Origin: Chara braunii
Taxonomy: Eukaryota; Plantae; Charophyceae
Length of the DNA stretch: 64,000 bases
Direction: 5' to 3'
Assembly: GCA_003427395.1 (NCBI GenBank)
Contig: BFEA01000031.1
Location: 2,243,049 to 2,307,048, forward strand
The position numbers were made by a program, and so were the translations under genes. Positions 26,051 through 37,659 of this stretch are shown piece by piece. Position 1 is the stretch's first letter, and each line of letters begins with the position of its first letter. The notes beneath the pieces were generated by a model that was not told the origin of the DNA, searched no databases, and was given only the letters and a program-made list of their open reading frames with translations.

Positions 26051-26512
26051 TCTTCTGTTTTGTCTCTCTTCACGGTGGGGCCATTTCTGCTTTGTTGAGT
26101 GTTGCCTTAAAATACTAGCAAAAGCAATTTGTCTTTTTCTCCCGTTCGCTGGCGCTCTTTTGTCACTGCAATTACCTGTAGCCACACTGCTTTCCTCAAG
26201 TGCTTGGATTGTGCTGTGCTCCTGCTTTTGAATTCAACACAGGTGGGAGGATTTCTGGCTTCTGGAATACAACCCCATGGCAAATCCTGTTTTTCTGAAT
26301 ACAAGACCGTTTTAGTTGCTATGACGTATCGCGGTTTCTCTACTCCCAAATACTCCACCATGGTTCATCCTTTTTTTTTTCTTTTCCAAACAACATGGGG
26401 TAGCCTGTTTTTCTAATGCAACACCATGGCGGGGTGGGGCCTGGCGTGGTGTGTCCTGGTTTGGCGTGGTGTGTCCTGGTTCCCCGAATAGCCTTGAATA
26501 GATTGCCATGTT

Positions 26513-26609
26513 GTCACTGTTTCGGGATATCCATTAAAATTGGAATGATACAGGGAATGAAGATTAGCATGGCCCTGGCACAAGGAAGAAAAATTCATAA
26601 ACCGAGAAA
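26513..26609 (+). pseudogene. Degenerate U6 snRNA copy
   Basis: TTCGGGATATCCATTAAAATTGGAATGATACAGGGAATGAAGATTAGCATGGCCCTGGCACAAGGA..AAACCGAGAAA aligns with plant U6. The ACAGAGA box is altered and there is no 3' T-run. Confidence 0.85.
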
Positions 26610-27374
26610 CAATGAGATGGTGTACCCACGGTTCTGGAATAGAACGTCATGGGGAACACTGTTGCAATCGTTGCGTGTATTTCTCAGGTACCAGCAGAGA
26701 GTCAAGATGTCCATGGCGCTCCATGCCTACACCTATTCCTCAAATACTACTAGGTAATCGTCATCTACCTGGGTCCCTAACCACCCCCTGATCCTGGTTC
26801 TCAAATAGTGCCAAATAAGCTCAGCTTGTCTTCCTCCCCGTACCATCATCTATCCCCTCCGACGGTTTCTTAAACATAGATCCACAGTTTATTTATAAAT
26901 ACAACTCCACGGTTGAAATATCTGAGGTGGTGCCAACAATGACAATAGTAAAGGAAATGGAAAGAAATATTATTTGATAAGGGAAGCGCGAAGGGAATGA
27001 AACAAATAGGATAAGGGACTATGAAAACAAAGTGGATGTACAGTGAGAAAAAAACTAAGTAAATAAGTAAATAAAGGGATCTGATGATAGTAATATGATT
27101 TACCAATAAATGAATGTCGATCTGGTAAAAGCAAGTGGAGTATGAAGAAGTTCTTGACTGCTGTCTGGGTCTGGTAAATGATGATATCTTTCTCCTCCCT
27201 CCCCTCCTCTCCTCCCTCGCCTCCCTTTTCTCTTGATCTCGTGCACAAAAACATGCATGCTCACGCATGCACACATTTGCTCTTGTAAGGGGTCTGGCCA
27301 CTTTTCTCCGGGGTATCGCTTACATCCTGGGCAATGTGGCGAGTCCTCGTCCGTGTGTCAAATGCATCCTGGGT

Positions 27375-27430
27375 GGGCTGTCGGGGTTCAACCTCCTGAT
27401 GAGTCGGTGAAAGTCCGACGAAACAGTCTG
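27375..27430 (+). ncRNA. Type III hammerhead ribozyme
   Basis: Stem III GGGCUGU(27375-81)/ACAGUCU(27423-29); cleavage triplet GUC 27380-82; stem I GGGGU/ACCUC (27383-95); core CUGAUGA 27396-402; stem II GUCGG/CCGAC with loop UGAAAGU; GAAA 27420-23. Confidence 0.9.
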
Positions 27431-27440
27431 GCACAATCAT

Positions 27441-27471
<31 letters not shown>

Positions 27472-28997
27472 TCAGTGCAAGCAGAACCTTATGGTTCTGG
27501 CTCCTATTCATTCTGGGGAGTGACAGTCCGGTTCCTACTCCACCGGCAAGTCAAAAAGAGACATAAAGAAACTCCCGCACGCTCCTGTCATGATTTTTTA
27601 TGGAGTTGTGTATAGCAAACGTGACCTCACTCATCTGCACGTGCACATACGTGCACAGTCACATGCACATGCACATAAACATGTGCAAGTCCCCCGTGCC
27701 TCAGGTAAATGACTCTTTGTTCTTTCGTCTTGGCTTAAACCTCTGTCCGCTCTCTCTAACATGTCTTGTTATCTGTCCCTTCGTGTGGTCCTCACATCTG
27801 TTGTTGCTGTTTCCGTCAAGTCAGCTATGTTGTTTGACATCACCTGCTTTTTTCTTTTTTTTTTTTGGGAATGATGGAAGCTTGGCGCGAGTGTGGATGC
27901 AATGGTTGCAAAACCAGGAGGAGGAGTGGGCACCTGGATTGGGAAGGAGCTGAATGGTCATTGAGCACAAGATGGGAGGTGGAGGTGGAGAATGTTGGGA
28001 ACGGGGAGGTGGGGATCATGCTCGAGAAAGAGGAGAGGAGTGGGAATGCAAAGGAACAGAGGACATTGGCATCGGACCGGAAGGGAGGCAGAATGCAGGA
28101 ATGTCATCCAGCACAAGATTGGAGGTGGAGGTGCGGAATGTCACTAACGGGGAGAAGTGGGGGATAATGCTTGATGGAGAGGACAGAGGTGGGAATCTGA
28201 AGGGAGAGAGGGCATTGGGATCGGGCCTGAACGGAGGCAGGATTGGGGGAAAGGAGAAGGCGGAAAAGCAAGCCAATCCCAGAGAGTGGGGATATGAAGC
28301 AGCGCAGGACTGGTAAAAGAAAGTGGAGGCATCAACTCATTCACTGCTGCAACCTCATGGTCAATCAACTTTCACTCTCAATGTTTACAACACTTCATGA
28401 AATTCTATTTTCATTTGTACTCCTTCATTGTATGGGTTTGTTAACAAGTTTCTTTTCTTTTCTTTTTTCCAAAAGAACTACGGTGGGAGGAAGCACATGG
28501 GGGGTGATAAGAGCAGCCCCCTTGAGTGGACCTCCGGGTGAAGGCTCCATCTATTGGTGGGGAGCTGCAGCTGCTGGGAACCGGGCCCAGTGTCCCAGAT
28601 ATTACAATACAATGCTGCACCAGCTGGAAACCGTGTCGAGCGTCCCATACATTACAATGCAATGCTAGGATTAAATATGGAGCGAAGCGGGCAGGGTAAG
28701 GGGAGGGGAGCCAGATGGGAGTGGAGGCCTGTGTTACCGTATGAAAACTAAGTATGTGCGTTTGCGAACATATGCGCGCGTTCAAATGCGTTTAAACCCG
28801 CCACTTGGTGGTGCGGGGAAGAATTGAACGCGCGCACAGGGCTGGGGCGTGCACGGTGGGGGCTACAAGTGGGTTTATGGCTCTCTCGCTCTCTCTCTCA
28901 CTATGGCTCTCTCTCTCTCTTCCTCTCTCTCCCTCTCTCTCTTCGCTATGGCTCTCTCTCTTGCCACGACTCTCTCTCTCACTCTCCCTCTCTTCGC

Positions 28998-29087
<90 letters not shown>

Positions 29088-29855
29088 GCACAGCGCGTTC
29101 GAACTACGGATGCTGTAGGGGGCGGCGGCGTTCAAACGACACAAATGTGTGTGTACTGTTCAGAAACGCGGCTCCGTTTTGTGCACCCCGTCACCCGCGG
29201 TGTCTACCGTTTTTGTTCCCGCTCGCCCCCCGCACACCAGAGAACAAACCGCGGATTTGAACACCGCGTGCGGTCGCGTTCATTGAACGCGCGTGCAATC
29301 CGTTCAAATATTGAACGGAAAATCCGCATTCAATGAATGCGCGGTGTTATAGGCGGATGGGCCAGGGGGGTTCTTTTCTTTCTTTCTTTCAGTTTGCTGT
29401 ATTCTCTGCATGCTTTTATTGTTCTGTTGAAAATGTGATTCTTTATTTCTTTTCAAATGAGGGGAAATTTCAGTTGTACTCGTGACAAAAAGGGAATGGA
29501 ATCGCCAATGCGTTGGGGGGATGGTGGAATATGTTGTTGTGTCCTGAAAACTGGTCGTTGAACTTCTTGTCGTGTTTGGGTGACAGTTGGGGCCTTCAAA
29601 GTGACGATACCCAACTACTAGTACCGTCAAGTCATCAACATTACACAGAACCTGACAGCATCTATATTATTGTTATATCCATTATGGGTACCGGCAAACT
29701 ACTCATGTACTTGGATACTAAGGTTGCAGTGGTCCTCCTCTCCCTCGCTTTCCCGTAAACACAGGCACTCACACAGACACACACCCACATACAACCACCA
29801 GTGCACAAACGGCAGAATCCTCTCTCTCTCTCTCTAGCACACTTACAAACACATT

Positions 29856-29899
<44 letters not shown>

Positions 29900-30279
29900 T
29901 GTGTGTGTTAGAGAGAGAGAGCTAGCCTTCAACCGACCATCCCGTGGCTGGTATTCCGGAGAAACTGACAAAGGGATAGGGGCCTGAGGGGGGGGACAAA
30001 GGGTCCGCACATAGGGTAAATTCGTGCAAGACAGAAGGTGACGCACAACCAGAAGTTGGACCGCTCTCAAAGCACAATGACAAGTTGGGCTGTTTCCTGA
30101 AGGCGGCACCAATTCCAATCTTTTTCGGGGTACAAGCCAATATTTTCCCTCAAATCACCAGTTCAAACGAAGCTAAGCATGCCGGTATACATGGTAAGTG
30201 CACTTGGCACGGGCCGGTAGCGAAAGCGTCAGTCCACTTTAAAAAGGCGTAGTCGCGGGCACGCAAGAGTGCAGGTTCG

Positions 30280-30452
30280 TTAAACCACCAGTACCTTTCA
30301 CAGGCAAAGTCTTTGGAGGTGGGGCGCCACCCACCAGGCCAAAATGGGTGGAAGGGAAGCCAAAACAAAAGAAAGGTCGGGCTGACGCTTCGGCAAAGCT
30401 TGCCGTGCAGTTCTGCGCTGCCTTGGCAGATAGAGGCTTGGTGGTGGTTTAA
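30280..30452. mobile_element. TTAA-bounded 173-bp cassette
   Basis: TTAAACCACCAGTAC ... GGTGGTGGTTTAA. Confidence 0.55.
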
Positions 30453-32344
30453 ATTAAGGAAAGAAAATGCACTCAAGCACTTCTATTTTCTCAGTTTCCC
30501 GGCATGTGGCACGCGCCGCAAATAGAATGCAGTTGGTTGAGGGAAAAAAAGATATCTCCTGGCTTTCACTCTTTGCCATTGATAGCAACTGTCAAGCTTG
30601 GGATAAGGGGCATCTATGCGCCGTATCTTCTACGTCGACAGTGTTCAGTTTTCATCTTGATTCGGGTGCGGTCAGTGCCCGCATCCTGGGAAGGCTGGTA
30701 AGGAATATGGCCACCCACAGTTGGATAAGAGGGAGATCCTGCAGCGCCTGCACATGAATAAGGAAAGAGATCGGTAGTATCGAGCTGCAGGGATGCATAT
30801 CATGCTATATATAGTAAGCAGGCCTGGTCAATGAGTGTATAAGTTTCAGATAAAAGCTCATCTCAAATGGCAAGAAATGAATCAGCAGCAGCAGCCGGAC
30901 CCACGTGGCTGAATCGTACACACATGTAAGTTGAGGTAACTGATGAAATCATATGAATACAATAATGTTCGGGTCTACCTCCTGTCAAAAAAAGAGAAGG
31001 AAAAAGAAAAAGAAATGAAGCAGCAGGCAAGAAATAGAAGGCCCAGAAGATGGACAGTTGGATCTGGAAAATGGATGGTAAGCAATGGTCAGTTGGTACA
31101 TAGTTAATGCGACAGTTAATGCGGCCGATCCCATCAGAACTCAGATGTTAAAAAAAAAAAATAGATGAGATGATCAGTTGGTAAGTTGGTACACAAATGA
31201 ACTGGTGAAGCACAGACCGGAGTTCGCATCCAGATTTAATGGATGACCGAAATACCAGGGCGCGGTCAGTTCGACTCTCAAGGGCTTACCACACTAGGAC
31301 TTCTTTTTTTTTTTGTTCTACACGAGGACTTTCTTATAGCTGGATTCGGCTCGGAAAAATCCTAGTCGTAGTAATGGCATTACTTTTAAATCACCAGTAC
31401 ACCCATATGCCGGTTGGGGACCCCTTTTGGAGGCTGCTAACGTTGCAGAGGCTGCTGATGGAGTTTATCAGCAGCTGACCAGTCCTGCCGGCCCCATTTT
31501 TTCGGTGGCGGTGACGAGTTCCTTTGTGCAACGCTGGGGCCGTGTATTGGTGCTTCAGCGCATCCTGGAAGATGAAAAAAGAAGTTGTAGCTGTGATGCA
31601 TTAATTTAGGCGAGAGAGTTTTTTGTATGTGAGCAAAGTTATATAGACGTAGCAAACTGTGATACAGACTGTTTAGACACATGGCAGACTGTGGTTCCTC
31701 TCGCCACTACGTCCGATCCTCTTTTTGCTTCGCCGGAGTCCAACTGCGCGTCAGTGGGTGGCCAAAGCGCGAGCGTGGCGTTGCTGTTTTCTTTTGGCTG
31801 GTGCGGCCAGCCTTTGTGGTTCGGTAGCGTGTAGCCTTCACCGGCCTCCGAAGAATGCGGAGTAGGCTACTTATAAGACTTAGAGTCACAGCCTGGAAGG
31901 CAGGGGGAGTTGAAGAAGATTAAAAGTCAAACGTCAAAAATTGTGACAAGGCATGGTGGGAGTGGAGCGTTTGTCACTGCAGCTACAGTTACGCAGAGAT
32001 ATGGAAACAGGACTGGAGTGGGCACCCCTTTCCATATAAAGGGGTGACCAAGGTAATGATGATGGTGTATTTCCGAGGAGGCAGATGGTGTGCTACATTT
32101 TCATCATTAGGGGAGAGAAGTTTTTGACATGTTTGCCTGACATCACACAGGCATATTTGTCAGAACTATCACACCTATGATGAGAATGAGCCACATTTTA
32201 TGAGAATTTTCATGGAAAGAGCACTGTGTTAGAGGGTGGTATGTAAAGGTACGTATGCAGACCCCTGAAGTGTACATTCTCAGGGCCAGCAGTATGTCTT
32301 GAAGGAAGGACTAAAATAGCTTGTTTGTTAATTTGGCGGTCAGC

Positions 32345-32580
32345 TTAGGGCGTATGCACACTGGGATTTCTTCAACTTCTCTCTCTCAACGTAGGTGGGG
32401 TCAGATGCTTCACGACGATGGCGTAAAAGCTGTCCGATATATCCAGAAAAAAACTACCGTCTTCACCCGTATAGAACGCCCGGTAATTCTCCCTGCATCT
32501 GGACAGAACATTGCCTCAACTACGGCCATAATGACCGGGCGTTAAATTCGGGTAAAAAAGGTAGTGTGAGCAGGGCCTTA
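32345..32580. mobile_element. Harbinger-like MITE with a nested pogo-like MITE (32455-32563)
   Basis: Outer TTA|GGGCGTATGCACACT...AGTGTGAGCAGGGCC|TTA; inner copy homologous to 10891-10999. Confidence 0.6.
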
Positions 32581-32733
32581 GTCTGTTGGTTTGCCCTGCA
32601 TGATAGCGACAGATTATTAGTCTGTTGGTGTGCGCTGTGTGAGTGAGAGCAACACATTGTTTTGTTTAAACCACCACTGTGCAATGTTGACAGTGAATTT
32701 TCACGTCGAATATGAATTGAACCGGCCACGGGT

Positions 32734-33024
32734 AGGCCTGTACGTTTAAACCGCTGTCGCTCTGTGCACGCCTACTCTTCTCTATTGCCTGGGCCTGGAA
32801 GTAGCTGTTTTAGGGGGTAATGCGGATGAATAACCATTTTTTTTGCTAGATAAGTAACCGAACCAGTGGCCGGTTCAATTTGTATTCGGCGTGAAGGCCT
32901 GTACATTTGAACCGCGGGCTCTCTGTGCACGGCTACTCTTCTCTATTCCCTGGGCCTGGAAGTAGTGGTCTTGAGGGGGAAATGCGGATGAATCACCATT
33001 TTTTTGCTAGGTAAGTAACCGAAA
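32734..33024. repeat. ~130-bp direct duplication with flanking 30-bp inverted repeat
   Basis: aggcctgtac..ctctgtgcacg..gggcctggaagtag..aagtaaccgaa x2. ttcacgtcgaatatgaattgaaccggccac (32700) is inverted at ~32867-32895. Confidence 0.75.
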
Positions 33025-33552
33025 CATCAGTGCCATTTTTTCAGTTATTTGACCTGTAAGTCTCCATTTTTTCATAAGCAAACTGCAAAAAATCTCAACC
33101 ATTCCCCTGCCCTTACCAGCCAGGGGAATGTGAAATTCAACGAATGTTTCCTCAATTCATTGTCCACGCTGCAGTTTTCAGAGAATAAGAGGGGTTAAGA
33201 ATAATGGGTAAAGAAAGTATATACTCCATCCATTGTCCATGCTGCAGTTTTTCAGCAGAGAGCCTCTCTTTGTTGAAAGGAGGGGGCTGCAATTGTGAGT
33301 GAGGGATGAATTTCAATTTCTGCGAACAATATGTCTGTGCACGAGTGTGTTCACTGTGTTGGCAATTTCATGTTTTAAACTGCCAGCCTGCCAGGTGACA
33401 GGCACTGACGGCCCAGCGACTTGAAAATAGCACTTCAGTTTATCAAAGGGTTGTGGAAAGGCTTGATGTAGTGGAGCATACCTGCGGCGCAAGTGTGCTG
33501 GTCACCGATGCGCAAAAAAAAAAAAAAACGGCTGTTATGTGTGAGAAAACGC

Positions 33553-33627
<75 letters not shown>

Positions 33628-34689
33628 AAAAATGTAAACAAATAGCTCCTTATTAATATTTATTTCAAACCCCCTGCGGGTTATCTGAGAGGGCCCTGCA
33701 CACAATCAGCAAGGGCCACGTTGCCATGAACGAGGTAGTAGTCATAGCCATGCTGAAGGTATGGCACGCCAAGTATATATGCTGTTGATTCACTTTAAGG
33801 TCCGTGTTTCAGCAGTTATGGGACCACTGAGCACGCGAGTGTCAGGGCAATAGCAGGCCAACTCACCACGTGCTTTTCAGGGCTTCCCTCCACTAAAAAT
33901 GTGCAAAACTAGAATGAATCTTCTGCTAGAACATGGAACCGTGCGCCCCCATATGTTTTGTCTTTTGTGCAAGTGGTGGCGAGTGAAGCAAGGCCCTTAG
34001 GGCCACTTGTCGTAGGAAAAGGAAACAAAAGAAAGAGAGGAATGAATCTTCTGCTAGAACATGGAAAACATACGCCGCATATGTTTTGTCTTTTGTGCTG
34101 GTGACAAGTGGAGCAAGGCCCTTAGGGCCACTGCTCGTAGGAAAAAGACACGTAAGAAAGAGAGAGCTACGGTAGAAAGTAGTTGTAACTTGTAACCCAT
34201 AACTGCTCGAAAGCAGACTTGACTTCGGATCCAGAACATATATTGCTGGCCTGCTCTTCTTTTACACGAAATTTGCTGAACATCTCTTGAGATGTTGGGA
34301 CCCTTGCATATGTACTGCTGGGGTCCTCCGCGAAAAAGACTATTCAACAAGGAATACGTGGGCCCTATTTTTTTTTCTGTGGGGAGGTGCACCATTGGCT
34401 ACCTCAGCCACCCTTCTCCAATTTTTTTTTTATACCCTATTTAGTGGGGTGTGTCGCAGCGCGTGCACGTGCGTAATGCGCCGCACGTGCGGAGCTCGCG
34501 CGCATGCAATACGCCGCAGGTATGGGTTGGAGTATAGGCGGAGTATAGGGGTGATATAGGGGATATTGGGGGGGTTAATAAGGATGTTGGGGGCGGTTCG
34601 GGAGTGTTAGGTTGGTGTATGATGGTATTGGGGGCCGCTATGGGGGTTTGGGTGGGGTTATTAGGGGTTCTGGATCCCAAAAACAAAAA

Positions 34690-34805
34690 AAGAAAAAGTG
34701 CGGGGTGCCGATGATCCCCGACTGCTAGGTGCCGACCAGCCGATCGGTCGGCGGGTCGGCAGCCGACCAGTCAAGGGCCGCCGACCGTCGGGGTGTGCAA
34801 CACTG
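34690..34805 (-). mobile_element. Possible hAT-type transposon end
   Basis: Minus strand begins CAGTGTTGCACACCCCG followed by clustered CCGAC/GTCGG subterminal motifs. The partner end was not found. Confidence 0.4.
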
Positions 34806-36804
34806 CTGAGCTCCAATCTATTGGTGGGGAGCAGCACGTGCTGAGAACCGGTCTCAGCGTCCCTTAAACCACCAGTACACGGCCCCCGCCTTGCAGTCCG
34901 AAACTTGTCGGCACAAGAAAACGAGGCCGAAACGTCAAACGCTGCGCNNNNNNNNNNNNNNNNNNNNNNNNNNNNNNNNNNNNNNNNNNNNNNNNNNNNN
35001 NNNNNNNNNNNNNNNNNNNNNNNNNNNNNNNNNNNNNNNNNNNNNNNNNNNNNNNNNNNNNNNNNNNNNNNNNNNNNNNNNNNNNNNNNNNNNNNNNNNN
35101 NNNNNNNNNNNNNNNNNNNNNNNNNNNNNNNNNNNNNNNNNNNNNNNNNNNNNNNNNNNNNNNNNNNNNNNNNNNNNNNNNNNNNNNNNNNNNNNNNNNN
35201 NNNNNNNNNNNNNNNNNNNNNNNNNNNNNNNNNNNNNNNNNNNNNNNNNNNNNNNNNNNNNNNNNNNNNNNNNNNNNNNNNNNNNNNNNNNNNNNNNNNN
35301 NNNNNNNNNNNNNNNNNNNNNNNNNNNNNNNNNNNNNNNNNNNNNNNNNNNNNNNNNNNNNNNNNNNNNNNNNNNNNNNNNNNNNNNNNNNNNNNNNNNN
35401 NNNNNNNNNNNNNNNNNNNNNNNNNNNNNNNNNNNNNNNNNNNNNNNNNNNNNNNNNNNNNNNNNNNNNNNNNNNNNNNNNNNNNNNNNNNNNNNNNNNN
35501 NNNNNNNNNNNNNNNNNNNNNNNNNNNNNNNNNNNNNNNNNNNNNNNNNNNNNNNNNNNNNNNNNNNNNNNNNNNNNNNNNNNNNNNNNNNNNNNNNNNN
35601 NNNNNNNNNNNNNNNNNNNNNNNNNNNNNNNNNNNNNNNNNNNNNNNNNNNNNNNNNNNNNNNNNNNNNNNNNNNNNNNNNNNNNNNNNNNNNNNNNNNN
35701 NNNNNNNNNNNNNNNNNNNNNNNNNNNNNNNNNNNNNNNNNNNNNNNNNNNNNNNNNNNNNNNNNNNNNNNNNNNNNNNNNNNNNNNNNNNNNNNNNNNN
35801 NNNNNNNNNNNNNNNNNNNNNNNNNNNNNNNNNNNNNNNNNNAAAAAAAAAAAAAAGAGTTCCTCAGAAAAATCTGAAAAAAAACTATGTTATACAGAAA
35901 AATAAACTGAACAACTTTTGCCTTGGGATCATATCGAAATTCGCTGCCAAATTGAAAATAAAAAATGAAATAAAATGAAAACCCTAATTTTTTTCTTTTT
36001 TTCGTGCTTTTAATTGCTAAAAATGGAGTTGTCCGGGCCAAGACGTGTGGGATCCCCCTGACTGTCCGCCCAGGACATCCTGCCATCGGAGAATTGGTAG
36101 CCTAGCTTCAAAAGGTAATGAATAGCAATGATTCATTATTTGGGTATTAGTAATAAATCATTATAGAGATAGACCATGTCCAGACCCCCGAAGAAAACAA
36201 AAACGGGCCTGAAAAACCCCCAAAACAAATTTGGGGCCTTGGCTCCTCAGTGGGGAAGAGTCCTAGCCCGTCTTTTTTTTTTTTTTTTTTTTTTTTTCCC
36301 AGATCCGGACCTTTTGGACCGGACGTCTGGAGTCTGGACTGAATCCAGAACGTCTGGACGGCGGTAGCCATAGAAATAATAAACAGAAATGTTTTGGCCC
36401 TTCAGCTGGGCTTCCTGAGCCGCCTGGCCGTGCACCCGTGCAGCCTGCATGGTAGGGCGGCTGCACAGGTCACCCCTGCGAGGCGGGGGCTGCTGCGCAT
36501 GCAGAGAAGTGCCTGAATCTGCCTTTTCTACCCTTTTTTGCAACACAGCTGCTTTGAGGTTCCCAATGTGGGCCACTTTCGGCCTGTGCGCCTGCTGTGG
36601 CAGGTGTATCTGCTTTTTGGCAGCGCACAACCCTGACACCTATCGTTTTTTTTTTTTGTTTTTTTTTCCCCCCCCGCGTTTGCCACTGTCTGCTGAACAC
36701 AACGCACACACTCAACGACAGTCAGACGGACTCAGAGTACACTGACAGTAACCGGGGCACAACCCTGGCCCCCGCATATGGTTTTTTTTTTTTTTTGTTT
36801 CGGC

Positions 36805-37051
36805 GTCCGCCACTGTGTGCTGAACTCAGCGCGCGCACCCAGCAACACTCAGACAGACTCAGAGCACACTGAAAGTGACCTGAGTCTCTCGGAGTGTGTC
36901 TGAGTGTGTTTGGTGTGTCCACTGGTGTGTCCACTGGACACACCAAACACACTCAGACACACTCCGAGAGACTCAGGTCACTTTCAGTGTGCTCTGAGTC
37001 TGTCTGAGTGTTGCTGGGTGCGCGCGCTGAGTTCAGCACACAGTGGCGGAC
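36805..37051. repeat. Long inverted repeat, 117-bp arms with 13-nt loop
   Basis: 36805-36921 is the reverse complement of 36935-37051, with no mismatch seen by eye. Confidence 0.92.
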
Positions 37052-37659
37052 ACTGAGACACATTCTGACATCGTTGCACTCAGTCACAAAATGCTTCAGG
37101 AGAAGCACGGTCGAAGCAGCATCACAAACAACATAAGAAGAAGAACAAAGACGAAGAAGAAGAAGAAGAAGAAGAAGAAGAGGGAAAAAAAAACAAGAAC
37201 AAAAACAAGAAAATCTGCTAAACTTCGATTCAAGCAACTGACTCAAACAAGTGGACTGACTCAAGCAACCGACTGAAGGAACTCAACTGACTCAGGTAAA
37301 TCTACTAACTGAACTGACTGAGGAACCTCAACTAAGTCAAGTAAGCAAACACACTCAACTAACCGCTGCAACTGGATGGGCTGATTCAACTGACTATGCA
37401 CTGTGCGCAGACTCAACTGACTACGAAGACTCAATTTACTCAGGTCATTCAACCGACTCAACGGACTCAAAGAGCTCAAGTGACTCAACAGACACGAGTT
37501 CAGTCAACTGACTGAACTACACGAGTTCAACGGACGCTACTGACTCAACTGACTCCACTGACACGACTTCAAGTACAAAAGTCTGCAGAACTGATTGAAC
37601 GGACTTGTGAGAAAGAACTTCAAAGAAGCCCCAAAGAGCAGTCCTCAGCAGTGAAGCCT

